From Candidatus Kapaibacterium sp. (GTDB taxonomy: Bacteria > Bacteroidota > Ignavibacteria > OLB7): a stretch of 44,331 bases of DNA. A program made the position numbers and the translations under genes. Within the stretch, counting starts at the first letter, position 1; each line of letters begins with the position of its first letter. Positions 1 through 9,100 of this stretch are shown piece by piece. The stretch is from positions 1 to 44,331 of the forward strand of contig JBFWSB010000002.1 in the NCBI GenBank assembly GCA_050248595.1. The letters are read 5' to 3'. A model generated the notes under the pieces. That model worked only from the letters and a program-made list of their open reading frames with translations. It was not told the DNA's origin and did no database searches.

Positions 1-100
1 CAGAGGTTATCTCGCACCAAGGGCTCGAAGTCGATCACCCGACGTTCGCGGAACGACTGAAGTCCAGATATTTCTAAAGAGATTGGTCGCATTACCTACC

Positions 101-118
101 CTTGGTGTTCTTGGTGGT
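101..118. repeat. Dispersed 18-mer cttggtgttcttggtggt (copy 1 of 3)
   Basis: Read directly. The identical 18-mer recurs at 34753-34770, and a one-mismatch reverse-complement copy lies at 27386-27403. This copy sits 29 nt 3' of the stop of the minus-strand gene 147..1904. Confidence 0.7.
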
Positions 119-146
119 GTAATCCTTCAAGGCTACCACACAGAGA

Positions 147-1904
147 TTATTCTCTTTCGTTCTTCCTCCAGAGCCATCCCCACAGGAGGAGGAGAACTCC
201 GAACGAAGTCACGCTCACCACGTTGCCGAGATGCTCGCTCGGCGTGGCACTCATATAAATTCTCAGCGATTGTTCTCCCGCCGGAACCATGACGCGAACT
301 AAGCCGTAGTCGGGAGAGTGAGTAACCGAAGCGGAGTCCGATCCCTCTTGAACAATCCACCCCGGATACCAGAATCGGTCGAGATCAACAGTTAGTCCAG
401 TATCGCTCCTCGCCGTTATGTTAAATGCACGGCTACCATCTGGCGTCACCCACACATCTCCTCTGCCAGATACTACACTCCACTTCTCTGGCGTTTCGTT
501 CAACCGTTTTACAAGGTCGTGAAGCGATTGGTAGTTCAACGGGTGAATCAAGGCTGTGGCAACTTGCGGAACATACTCGTAGGCATCCATCCCAATTCGA
601 AGCTGACGATGAGTGTCAGGGGAACGGTGGTGATCGATCGCCACGCGGTAAAAACTTCCAGCATACTTCCCAGTAAAGGCGAGCGTGAGCAAGATGGAAA
701 GAGTTAAGAGAACTCGTCCTGACTGATACCAGATGTTCCTCTCTCCCTTCTCTCGTCGCAAGAAAAGGATTGGGATGAGAACTCCGAGAGCGAGCGCGAA
801 AATCACGAGGAAGCGGTGGGGGAATTGAACTTTCGAAAGCATCGGAGCAACTCGCCAGATAGGACCGCTCAGGGGTGTCACCATGAAGAGAGCGAAGAGC
901 ATTGCCACAAACCCGAGGAATTGAATACGCCTCCCTATTGGTTCCTGACTCCTTGCAATTTTACGGTGCGAAAGCCAAGCGAAGAGGCCAATCAGAGCGA
1001 AGAGGAGGACAATGATACCAACTTGCGCACTGTAGCTGAGACTGAAAAGGTTTAGGTCGATTAACCAGTGGTCAGAGTAGCGGAACGGGCCGATAAACAT
1101 CGAATCCATATTCACATACTTCTGGTGTGCCATCGCCGTAAAGAGGTAAGTGGCCGATAATCCAACCCCAAGAAGTAGCGAGGCTCCACTCTTCACCAAC
1201 GCACGCAATCGTTCCCCCGGCTTCGACATTGCGATGACGTAGAGGGGAATCAGTGGCGAGAAGAGAAGTGTGGTTGGGGCATGAGTTAAAATCAAGGCAG
1301 CGTACGCAAGACTCAATCCAACCGGTGCATAGCGTCCACCGTTGATAAGGCGTTGAAGTGCCAACAGAATCAACGGCAGCCAAACGTAGGCGTAGACCTG
1401 TGCGACGGCAGAGCGGATGAGGAGATCCATTGAGTAGTGGAAGGGGATCAGCATGTAGACTAACGCACCAATCAACGCGTATCGTTCCTCGAAGAATTCA
1501 CGCAGCCACTTTCGCATCCCGAAACCAGAAGCAATCATGATAAGCGTGGTGGCAAGGCCAAGCCGGTGAAGTCCGTACGGATCGAACGGCTTCAGAAACC
1601 CAAAGAGAGAAGCTGTATAACTTGTTAGTGGTGGATAGAAGAAGTAGGCTGGACTACCAAGTCCTCCGTTCACGTTCACCATCCACCGAGGATAGATTTC
1701 CCCACCGAACAATTGTTGTGAGAAGGTTGAATACCACTGCACGTGGAAGAACCCATCGTGAGTTTGAAGCGAGAGGCCAATCAAGACAACCGGAATGGTA
1801 ATGACAACCCCAACAATAGCAATAATAGCTGAAGAAGATCTGAAGTACTTCTTACTAATACTCTTTTGCTCCCCCTCGATTGTTACGATACCATTGCTCT
1901 TCAT
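147..1904 (-). CDS. Polytopic membrane protein, GT-C/ArnT-like (PTPS-related membrane protein type) with a soluble C-terminal domain
   Basis: 585-aa ORF. There are many ~20-aa hydrophobic segments through the first ~400 aa. The N-terminal loop motif HDGFFHVQWY...GEIYPRWMVNVNGGLGSPAYFFYPPL is typical, from memory, of GT-C-fold or PTPS-related membrane proteins. The last ~170 aa are hydrophilic. The family call is unverified. Confidence 0.7.
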   Translation of the reverse strand: MKSNGIVTIEGEQKSISKKYFRSSSAIIAIVGVVITIPVVLIGLSLQTHDGFFHVQWYSTFSQQLFGGEIYPRWMVNVNGGLGSPAYFFYPPLTSYTASLFGFLKPFDPYGLHRLGLATTLIMIASGFGMRKWLREFFEERYALIGALVYMLIPFHYSMDLLIRSAVAQVYAYVWLPLILLALQRLINGGRYAPVGLSLAYAALILTHAPTTLLFSPLIPLYVIAMSKPGERLRALVKSGASLLLGVGLSATYLFTAMAHQKYVNMDSMFIGPFRYSDHWLIDLNLFSLSYSAQVGIIVLLFALIGLFAWLSHRKIARSQEPIGRRIQFLGFVAMLFALFMVTPLSGPIWRVAPMLSKVQFPHRFLVIFALALGVLIPILFLRREKGERNIWYQSGRVLLTLSILLTLAFTGKYAGSFYRVAIDHHRSPDTHRQLRIGMDAYEYVPQVATALIHPLNYQSLHDLVKRLNETPEKWSVVSGRGDVWVTPDGSRAFNITARSDTGLTVDLDRFWYPGWIVQEGSDSASVTHSPDYGLVRVMVPAGEQSLRIYMSATPSEHLGNVVSVTSFGVLLLLWGWLWRKNERE

Positions 1905-1948
1905 TCTTCCCTTAAATTCATATCACTGATGTATAGTCATCTGCTATG

Positions 1949-2003
1949 AAAATGCCGCATTGTAGCTCTATCAGAGAATCTGGCTTTGCCGAGTCACGGG
2001 TGA
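1949..2003. repeat. 55-bp perfect direct repeat, copy A (aaaatgccgcattgtagctctatcagagaatctggctttgccgagtcacgggtga)
   Basis: Read directly. It is identical to 2196-2250. It lies in the 367-bp gap between the start of the membrane-protein gene and the stop of sbcD. Confidence 0.9.
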
Positions 2004-2195
2004 CGGACCTTTCAGTGAGACTCTACGCCCCCTTATATTCTCGACCTCTCTAATCTGTAATCTGTGAAAATCCTGTCCGATCCGCGTTATCCGCGTACTA
2101 TTGTTAACCAGAGATGATTGCTCAATGACATCGTACACAGATTGGACGGATTAACGCGAATCAACGCTGATCTATACTCACTATCATCTACTTTA

Positions 2196-2250
2196 AAAAT
2201 GCCGCATTGTAGCTCTATCAGAGAATCTGGCTTTGCCGAGTCACGGGTGA
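2196..2250. repeat. 55-bp perfect direct repeat, copy B
   Basis: Identical to 1949-2003 and separated from it by a 192-bp spacer. It ends 22 nt 3' of the sbcD stop codon. Confidence 0.9.
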
Positions 2251-2271
2251 TGGGCATTACCTGTTCTTCCC

Positions 2272-3480
2272 CTAACCCTCTTCGCTCGCCAACTCTACAA
2301 ACAATCGCACAAGCTCTTCGGTTGGCTCATCTCCCCGTGAACGAACGAAGTGCCGAAACTGCTCGTCGAGAGGAAGTCGGCTAAGTGATTCACCCTCCAC
2401 TTCGGAATCTTTCCTGACGACGTAACTGAAGATAGGTGCGAGAATGCGAGGGTGTCTTCGGCGAATTTCATCGACCGCCCCGATCTCCAGTGCTTCCTCC
2501 AACATCACCTTGAACGTTACCCAAGCCTCCGAATCGACCTCTTCCAAAAAGGCTTCCAGTTCACCTATCCCCTTCAAACTCTCTCTCTTCACCAGTTGAC
2601 GTCCACTCTTCAAAGCAACTGTGCGATAAGTTGCTATAGCTCCATCGAATTCTACAATCGTCACACTCTTCTCCTGTCCCGCCTCGCTAAAACTGTACTG
2701 TAGTGGAGAACCGGCGTAGCGAATCGGCAATCCATTCTCGCCGTGGAAATCTTGCGGACGGTGAAGATGCCCGAGAGCAACGTAGCCTGCGTTCGCCGGA
2801 AAGCTCAGAGGATTCACTGCCTGCGCTCCCCCAACGGTGATTGGTCGCTCCGACTCCGATTCCTTCCCCCCCTGCACGAAGAGGTGACTCATCACAACGT
2901 TCGCCTCTCCCTCTCGAAACCTTTCGGCTCTCTCGGCCATAAACTGGCGTAAGTGTGCGTCGTAGTTCACCCCGGCATCGTCGTCGTCGATTCGCTCACT
3001 CAACACTTTTCGCAAACGTGCCTCCGATGGATAAGGGAGAGCCAGAACGGCTAAGCGTTCATCATTCCGAAGTCTGAGCCGCACGAATGACTCCGCCGAA
3101 TCAAGGCAGGCAACACGTCCGGAACCACGGTCGAATGGCTCCACGACATCGTAGGGGAAGCCGAGCGTTACCACACCGAGCGCGCGTCCGTAGGGATCAC
3201 TCGCCTTCAACCGATCTGGACTGTCGTGATTTCCGGCAATAACAACAACTGCTCGTCTCCCCCCATCACTCAACCGGGCAACGGTCTCGTAGTAGAGCCG
3301 CTCCCCCTCAGCCGGAGGATTGAAGGCATCGTAGACATCCCCTGCAAGGAGAATGCCATCCACATCTTCCCCTTCGGCGATAGCACAGATTTCGTCGAGG
3401 ACATCCCGCTGTTCATCGAATCGCTCCTTCCCCTCCAGCTTTCGCCCCAGATGCCAGTCGGCAGTGTGTAGTAGTTTCAT
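2272..3480 (-). CDS. sbcD: Exonuclease SbcCD, nuclease subunit SbcD (Mre11-like)
   Basis: 402 aa. Calcineurin-like phosphoesterase motifs occur in the canonical SbcD/Mre11 order: MKLLHTADWHLG, LLAGDVYD, IAGNHDSP, MSHLFVQG, LGHLHRPQ. An SbcD-type C-terminal domain follows. Confidence 0.9.
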   Translation of the reverse strand: MKLLHTADWHLGRKLEGKERFDEQRDVLDEICAIAEGEDVDGILLAGDVYDAFNPPAEGERLYYETVARLSDGGRRAVVVIAGNHDSPDRLKASDPYGRALGVVTLGFPYDVVEPFDRGSGRVACLDSAESFVRLRLRNDERLAVLALPYPSEARLRKVLSERIDDDDAGVNYDAHLRQFMAERAERFREGEANVVMSHLFVQGGKESESERPITVGGAQAVNPLSFPANAGYVALGHLHRPQDFHGENGLPIRYAGSPLQYSFSEAGQEKSVTIVEFDGAIATYRTVALKSGRQLVKRESLKGIGELEAFLEEVDSEAWVTFKVMLEEALEIGAVDEIRRRHPRILAPIFSYVVRKDSEVEGESLSRLPLDEQFRHFVRSRGDEPTEELVRLFVELASEEG

Positions 3481-3713
3481 TGACCTTGGATAGTGTACAC
3501 CAGAGAAATGAAAATACGGGAACGGGAAGAGATAGACTGCTGGAGAATCAGTCTGCGAAAGAATGCAAGCTCAAATTGTTATGCCAGATTCTAATTTCAG
3601 CGGAGTCTTTTACTCCCCGCAACTCTATAAACTCTTAACTCTATCAACTCTACACACTCCACAACCTCTCCTGACCCTGACGCAGGCTGAAGAGCATTGG
3701 CTACCCCGTTTGC

Positions 3714-5426
3714 TTATTCCTTGAACACAAGGCAACGCATCATCTCCACTTTGTCGTTTACAGTGATCTTGCAGAAATACCATCCACTTGGAATTGAGGG
3801 TAAGGGCAGGGGGATGGCATGACTCCCCGCATCTACTTCTCTCTCCTCAACTACCTGCAAAACCTCGTTGCCAATACTATTGAAGAGGGTGATAGAGAGG
3901 ATCGCCGGATGTGCCAATTCAATTTGGATTGTTCCCCTTTCCCGAAGGGGCTGGGGAGCAATCGTCATCTTCAACTCCCCCTTACTATCACTTAGCACAA
4001 CACCACTACTATATCTCTCGATAAAATCTCCCGGAGTCAAATCCCGACCAACTAAGCCGGCATAATCTGGAGCGTAGTGATCTGCCCTGAAAACTGTGTT
4101 TGCCGTCCCTCCACCCATCCCAGGAGGGAGACGATCTCCCTGAGTAAGTGGTCCACTTGCTATCACTGGATTGATATACTCCCAGACAATCTCACCTGTG
4201 GGAAGAACTTCAAAGAAACGGCCGTTATCCCCCTCGCAGATCAGTGTGTTGCCGTTGGGAAGGCGACCAGCTCCTGAAATGTTCGACGAATAGAAGTCGG
4301 TAGGATTCGGAGCCGTGTAGCTCCAGAGAATGTTGTTGGGGCCGTAAGGACTTCCCTGCACAAGGGTGTAGCTTCCCTCGGGCGTAGCAGGGGGAACGAT
4401 CTCATCAACCGAAGAGTAGTTTCCATCACGACGACGCACACCATTATTGAAGATCATGATATTGTTAGCTCCCGGTAAGTCAGGTGCAATCCACTCCGCG
4501 TCGTGTTGCGAGAAGAGTTGTTGATCCTCAACACTGCCAGCTCCATAGTTGGCTGGATTTCCCCAACGGTAGAGGATATCTCCCCCCTTGCCACTTCTTC
4601 CGCCTGTATGCATGGCCGCTTCCTCAGTAGTTGTGCTGTGGTCGATAATCCATACTTCGTTCAGGTTGTGCAGACTGAGCAAAATCTGGTCGAGCGTTGG
4701 ATTGTAGTCGATGGAGTTCGCGTGCAACCAGTCAGCCGAACCATTCCCAGTAACACGATTCAGATCGATAAGCTCAGGGTGCTCACTCACCACGCCGTAA
4801 TTTTCTTTGGTAGGATCATACTCTTGCACCAGATGATCCCACGCATGCCACTCCCAAACGATTCTCCCTTCACTCTGGCCAACAGGTTCAACTTCAATGA
4901 TATGGTCTGGCCACAACTGATTGTCAGGCAAGAGTGAAGGATCTCTCCCTGCACTTATCGCCTCCTCACTCGACTTCACTTCCCACGCAATCATCAACAC
5001 GTTGCCGTTCGGCAATCGCTCAATGTCGTGATGCTGACGATATGTAGAGCTTGAGTAGGGATACTCCCAAACGAGATTCCCCTCCCAGTCAAACTCCTGC
5101 ACTAATCCACCTGCCCCACCTGTAGCACCGAAGACATTCCCCCCTTGGGTTGGCCTATAGTTTGCCGTGCGGAGGAGATGGCCACTCTCAAGCAGATAGA
5201 CCGAAAGCCCGGGCCGATACTCACTCTCCCAGGTGCGAACAGATCTCCCCTCGCTATCAATCAAGTATGTGGTGGTTGAACTCATTGGCGCAAAGAGAGT
5301 ATACCCATCGGATGCTCCCTCCTTACTAAATATCAACCCAACTGTTCGATCTTGCGCCGAGGCAGAAAACGACGGAAGAAGAATAGAGAGGAGTAGAAGG
5401 GGAATAATGAAATGTGAGTTGTTCAT
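3714..5426 (-). CDS. Arylsulfotransferase (ASST)-like beta-propeller protein with a T9SS C-terminal sorting domain
   Basis: 570 aa. Signal peptide: MNNSHFIIPLLLLSILLPSFSASAQD. ASST-like motifs: DGYTLFAP...TYLIDSEGRSVRTWES, LLESGHLLR, HHDIERLPNGNVLM. The last ~85 aa (LSITLFNSIGNEV...GWYFCKITVNDKVEMMRCLVFKE) fit the T9SS type A sorting domain pattern. Confidence 0.8.
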   Translation of the reverse strand: MNNSHFIIPLLLLSILLPSFSASAQDRTVGLIFSKEGASDGYTLFAPMSSTTTYLIDSEGRSVRTWESEYRPGLSVYLLESGHLLRTANYRPTQGGNVFGATGGAGGLVQEFDWEGNLVWEYPYSSSTYRQHHDIERLPNGNVLMIAWEVKSSEEAISAGRDPSLLPDNQLWPDHIIEVEPVGQSEGRIVWEWHAWDHLVQEYDPTKENYGVVSEHPELIDLNRVTGNGSADWLHANSIDYNPTLDQILLSLHNLNEVWIIDHSTTTEEAAMHTGGRSGKGGDILYRWGNPANYGAGSVEDQQLFSQHDAEWIAPDLPGANNIMIFNNGVRRRDGNYSSVDEIVPPATPEGSYTLVQGSPYGPNNILWSYTAPNPTDFYSSNISGAGRLPNGNTLICEGDNGRFFEVLPTGEIVWEYINPVIASGPLTQGDRLPPGMGGGTANTVFRADHYAPDYAGLVGRDLTPGDFIERYSSGVVLSDSKGELKMTIAPQPLRERGTIQIELAHPAILSITLFNSIGNEVLQVVEEREVDAGSHAIPLPLPSIPSGWYFCKITVNDKVEMMRCLVFKE

Positions 5427-5610
5427 ATAACATCAGTGATTGTATGTACGAGTTGCATTACGTCAATCTACGGCACTATAGACATGTATCGAAGAGAGTT
5501 TATTCCCCACAGAACAGATTATGTCGGAGAGTCGAGGAGTCAGGTGTCGACTCTCGACTTCTTGACTTGCATTCAACCGTTGAGAAGAGTAACTTCACTC
5601 TACGTTATTT

Positions 5611-5853
5611 ATGCTCCAGAAGATATTCCACATAACGCTTTGCTCTCTTCTTCTCTTCACCTACGGTGCAGAGAGGTTGCTCCCCTGTACTGGAGAGTGG
5701 GATGTTGACTGCCACAACGGAGAAGAGGAGATCGCTTCTCTCTCCACCTGTTCAGCAGCCGACCAGACAGATCACGATCACTCCGACGACACAGACTCTC
5801 ACTCCGACGGAGATTGTGTCTGCCCTTGCCACGCACCTTCAACCGAGATTTAA
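5611..5853 (+). CDS. Small Cys/His/Asp-rich pre-protein upstream of the czc pump (putative metal-binding)
   Basis: 80-aa ORF. It has a hydrophobic N-terminus (ITLCSLLLFTY), then LPC, then an acidic tract with DHDHSDDTDSHSDGD, then a C-x-C-x-C-H cluster (DCVCPCH). It lies 261 nt upstream of czcA on the same strand. It resembles small LPC...HDH...CxC proteins that I recall upstream of czcA in Bacteroidota (possibly DUF6660; unverified). Confidence 0.5.
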   Translation: MLQKIFHITLCSLLLFTYGAERLLPCTGEWDVDCHNGEEEIASLSTCSAADQTDHDHSDDTDSHSDGDCVCPCHAPSTEI

Positions 5854-6114
5854 ATGCAGGTAAACCCCCTACTCCCTCAACTCCGCACAAACTATTGAAG
5901 GACTTCCTTCAGTCTCATTCACACAACGCTCTCTCCTCCCGACCATATTCCTATAGTATAACTCCAGTTTACATCGCTACTCCTGATTCGACTCTGTCAC
6001 ATTATTGATTGACGGCATCGAACCTGTCTGCTACGCTCTATGCTTTTTCTCTGCTGCTGAGCCGTGGCTTGTCGCTTCGTATTCACTTTCACCAAATCTG
6101 AACTGGAAAATTCT

Positions 6115-9100
6115 ATGCTGAACGGAGTTATTGCTTTTTCGCTGCGGCATCGGGTGCTGGTGCTCTTCTGCACGGGAGCACTTGTTGTCGGGGGAGTTAT
6201 TGCCTTCTCCCGTCTACCGATTGACGCAGTTCCCGACATCACAAACAATCAAGTGCAGATACTGACGAACGCTCCGGCTCTCTCGGCTCTGGAGATTGAA
6301 CGCTTCGTCACTTTCCCAATAGAACTCTCTGTGAAGTCCCTCCCCGACATGGTAGAACTTCGCTCCCTCTCTCGTCCCGGTCTGTCGGTGATTACCGTCG
6401 TCTTCGAGGATAGGGTAAATACCTACTTCGCGCGACAACTGATTCTGGAGAAGTTACGGGAGATTGAGGAGACCCTTCCCGATGGTGTGGAGCGTCCAGA
6501 GCTTGGTCCGGTCTCCACCGGACTTGGAGAGATATTCCGCTACGTTGTTCGGGATACAACCAACCGCTATTCTCCAATGGAGTTGCGAACGATTCAGGAC
6601 TGGATTGTTCGCCGTGAACTGTTAGGAGCGGATGCCTTAGCGGAGGTAAACTCGTTAGGGGGTGAACTGAAGCAGTACCAGATTTTGGTCGACCCAGATC
6701 GACTTGCGAACTACGATATCTCACTGCGGGATGTCTTTCGCGCAGCAACTGAGGCAAGCGATAATGCCGGTGGAGCCTACATCGAAACCGGGCCGGAACA
6801 ACTATCTGTTAGATCAGTTGGGCTAACTACTACGGTTGATGATATTCGGGAGAGTGTCATCGGAGCCTACTCCGACGGAACGCCGCTTCGGATAGGAGAT
6901 GTAGCGGAGGTGACAACTGGTCCGGCTATTCGCTTCGGCTCTGCTTCGCAAGATGGGAGAGGAGAAGTTGTGGTCGGTATCGTCATGCAACTGAAGGGGG
7001 CAAACGCTCGGGTTACGGACAACGGAGTGAAGGAGCGGATCGAGGAGAACAAGCCGCTGTTGCCGGAGGGGGTAGTGATTGAGCCGTTCTACGACCGAGA
7101 GGCGTTGGTAGATAGAACAATCGAGACTGTCCTGATGAACCTAATTGAAGGGGCGTTGCTCGTTGTCGGCATTCTTCTCCTCTTTCTGGTAAGCCTTCGA
7201 GCCGGATTGATTGTAGCATCAGTAATTCCCTTAGCCATGTGCTTTGCAGGAATCATGATGCTCCTGAGTGGACAGAGTGGGAACCTGATGTCTCTCGGCG
7301 CGATTGACTTCGGCTTAGTTGTGGATGGATCGTTGATTATCGTGGAGAATATCCTCCGCCTGATGGATCGCAGATTCCGCGATGGGACATCATCTTCTAT
7401 CACCTCGGGAGAGATGCGCCAGTTAGTCTACGAGGGGAGCGTTGAAGTGCGGACTGCGGCGCAGTTCGGCGAGATTATCATCATCGTAGTCTACCTTCCA
7501 ATTATTACCCTGCAAGGGATCGAAGGGAAGCTCTTCAGACCAATGGCACTCACCGTCACCTTCGCCTTGATTGGTGCTCTCCTCCTCTCCATAACCTACG
7601 TTCCGGCGATTTCATCTCTGCTGCTGCGAGGGGAGAAACGTGTGCGCCACTCCCCAATTATCGAGTGGATCCGCCGCGGCTACACCCCCCTGCTCAACTG
7701 GGGACTGCGGAATCGCCCCGCAATTATCGGCACTGCTTTCGGACTTGTTCTGTTAGCTCTTTTCGGCTTTACCCGTCTTGGCGGAGAGTTTATTCCGAGA
7801 CTCGATGAAGGTGATATTGCGATGCACCTGATTCGGCTTCCATCAATCTCACTGAGTGAATCGCAGAAGATTGCAACTGCTGTGGAGAAAGAACTGATGA
7901 CCTTCCCAGAGGTGAAGACCGTTGTCTCCCACACCGGACGTGCCGAGGTCTCCACCGACCCAATGGGGTTCGAGTTGGCCGACGTTTTCATCATGCTGCG
8001 CGAGGAAGATGAGTGGACAACAGGGAGAACGAAGGAGGAACTTGTTGAGGCGATGGCGGAGCGGATGAAGAAGTTTCCCGGCGTTGGCACACAGTTCTTG
8101 CAGCCGATAGAGATGCGAATGAACGAACTGATTGCCGGAGCACGAGGTGATGTGGTGGTGAAGATTTTCGGAGAAGCCTACGAAACGTTGTCACCGGCAG
8201 CCGAAAAGATTAGTGGAATTATCCGAACGCTGGATGGAGCCGCCGACGTGGCAGTAGAGCAGACACGTGGCCTCTCCCAACTTGTTATCCGTCCCGACCG
8301 AAATGCTCTCGCCCGCTACGGCCTGAGCGTTGCCGAAGTAAACCACGCGGTTGGGATGGCCGTTGCCGGGGAGAAGGCTGGAACGGTCTACGAAGGGGAG
8401 CAGCAGTTTGATTTAGTTGTCCGCTATCGCGCAAGTGCTCGCACAAACGTTGATGCAATTCGGGAGATACTGGTGAAGACACCTGTCGGAGCACTCGTCC
8501 CTCTGAAAGAGCTTGCTTCTGTCAAGATTGAGGAGGGGCCTGCGCAGATTTCACGAGAGGGAAGCTCTCGGTTTACTACAGTGCAAGCAAACGTGCGGGG
8601 ACGTGACGTAGAGAGCTTCGTGGAAGAATTGCGGGAGCATGTGGAGCGAGAGGTTGAACTTCCCCCCGGCTACCGAATCGACTACGGTGGAGAGTTTAGG
8701 AACCTTGAAGATGCCTCGCAACGCCTTCTGTTTGTAGTGCCGATCGCACTCTTCTTGATCTTCGCTCTCCTCTACCAAACGTTCGGCTCGTTCCGACTCG
8801 GCCTGCTAATTTTCCTCTGCATTCCAATGTCTGTTGTTGGTGGAGTAGCTGCACTCTTAATTCGAGGGATGCCCTTCTCAATCTCTGCCGGTGTCGGCTT
8901 CATTGCCCTCTTCGGCATTGCTGTGTTGAACGGCATTGTGATGGTTGCGGCAATTCGCAAATATCAACTCTCTGGTCTTTCGCGAAGAGAGGCTGTGACC
9001 TTAGGAGCCGAAGAGCGACTCCGCCCGGTAATCACTACCGCAGCACTTGCTGGCTTCGGCTTCCTCCCGATGATGCTCGCAACAAGTGCAGGAGCCGAGG

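Noticed and set aside
2010-2160. Apparent inverted repeats in the spacer between the 55-bp repeats
   Set aside because: The complementary motifs occur in the same left-to-right order on both sides rather than mirrored, so they do not form one long hairpin or terminal inverted repeats.
1949-2250. The 55-bp direct repeats as a CRISPR array
   Set aside because: There are only two copies. The 192-nt spacer and 55-nt repeat are both longer than is typical for CRISPR arrays. No cas genes are in the window.
2272-3480. The lone calcineurin-like nuclease as part of a phage-defence system (Lamassu-like or similar)
   Set aside because: It has the full canonical SbcD motif set and an SbcD-type C-terminal domain. 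No SMC-like, ATPase or effector partner gene lies adjacent to it.
6064-6114. Upstream in-frame extensions of several track ORFs (6064, 25773, 30459, 31006, 32746, 34812, 36291, 38786)
   Set aside because: These begin at GTG/TTG or overlap the preceding gene. Internal ATGs give canonical N-termini: the CzcA MLNG.., signal peptides, a lipobox, or a typical ECF length.
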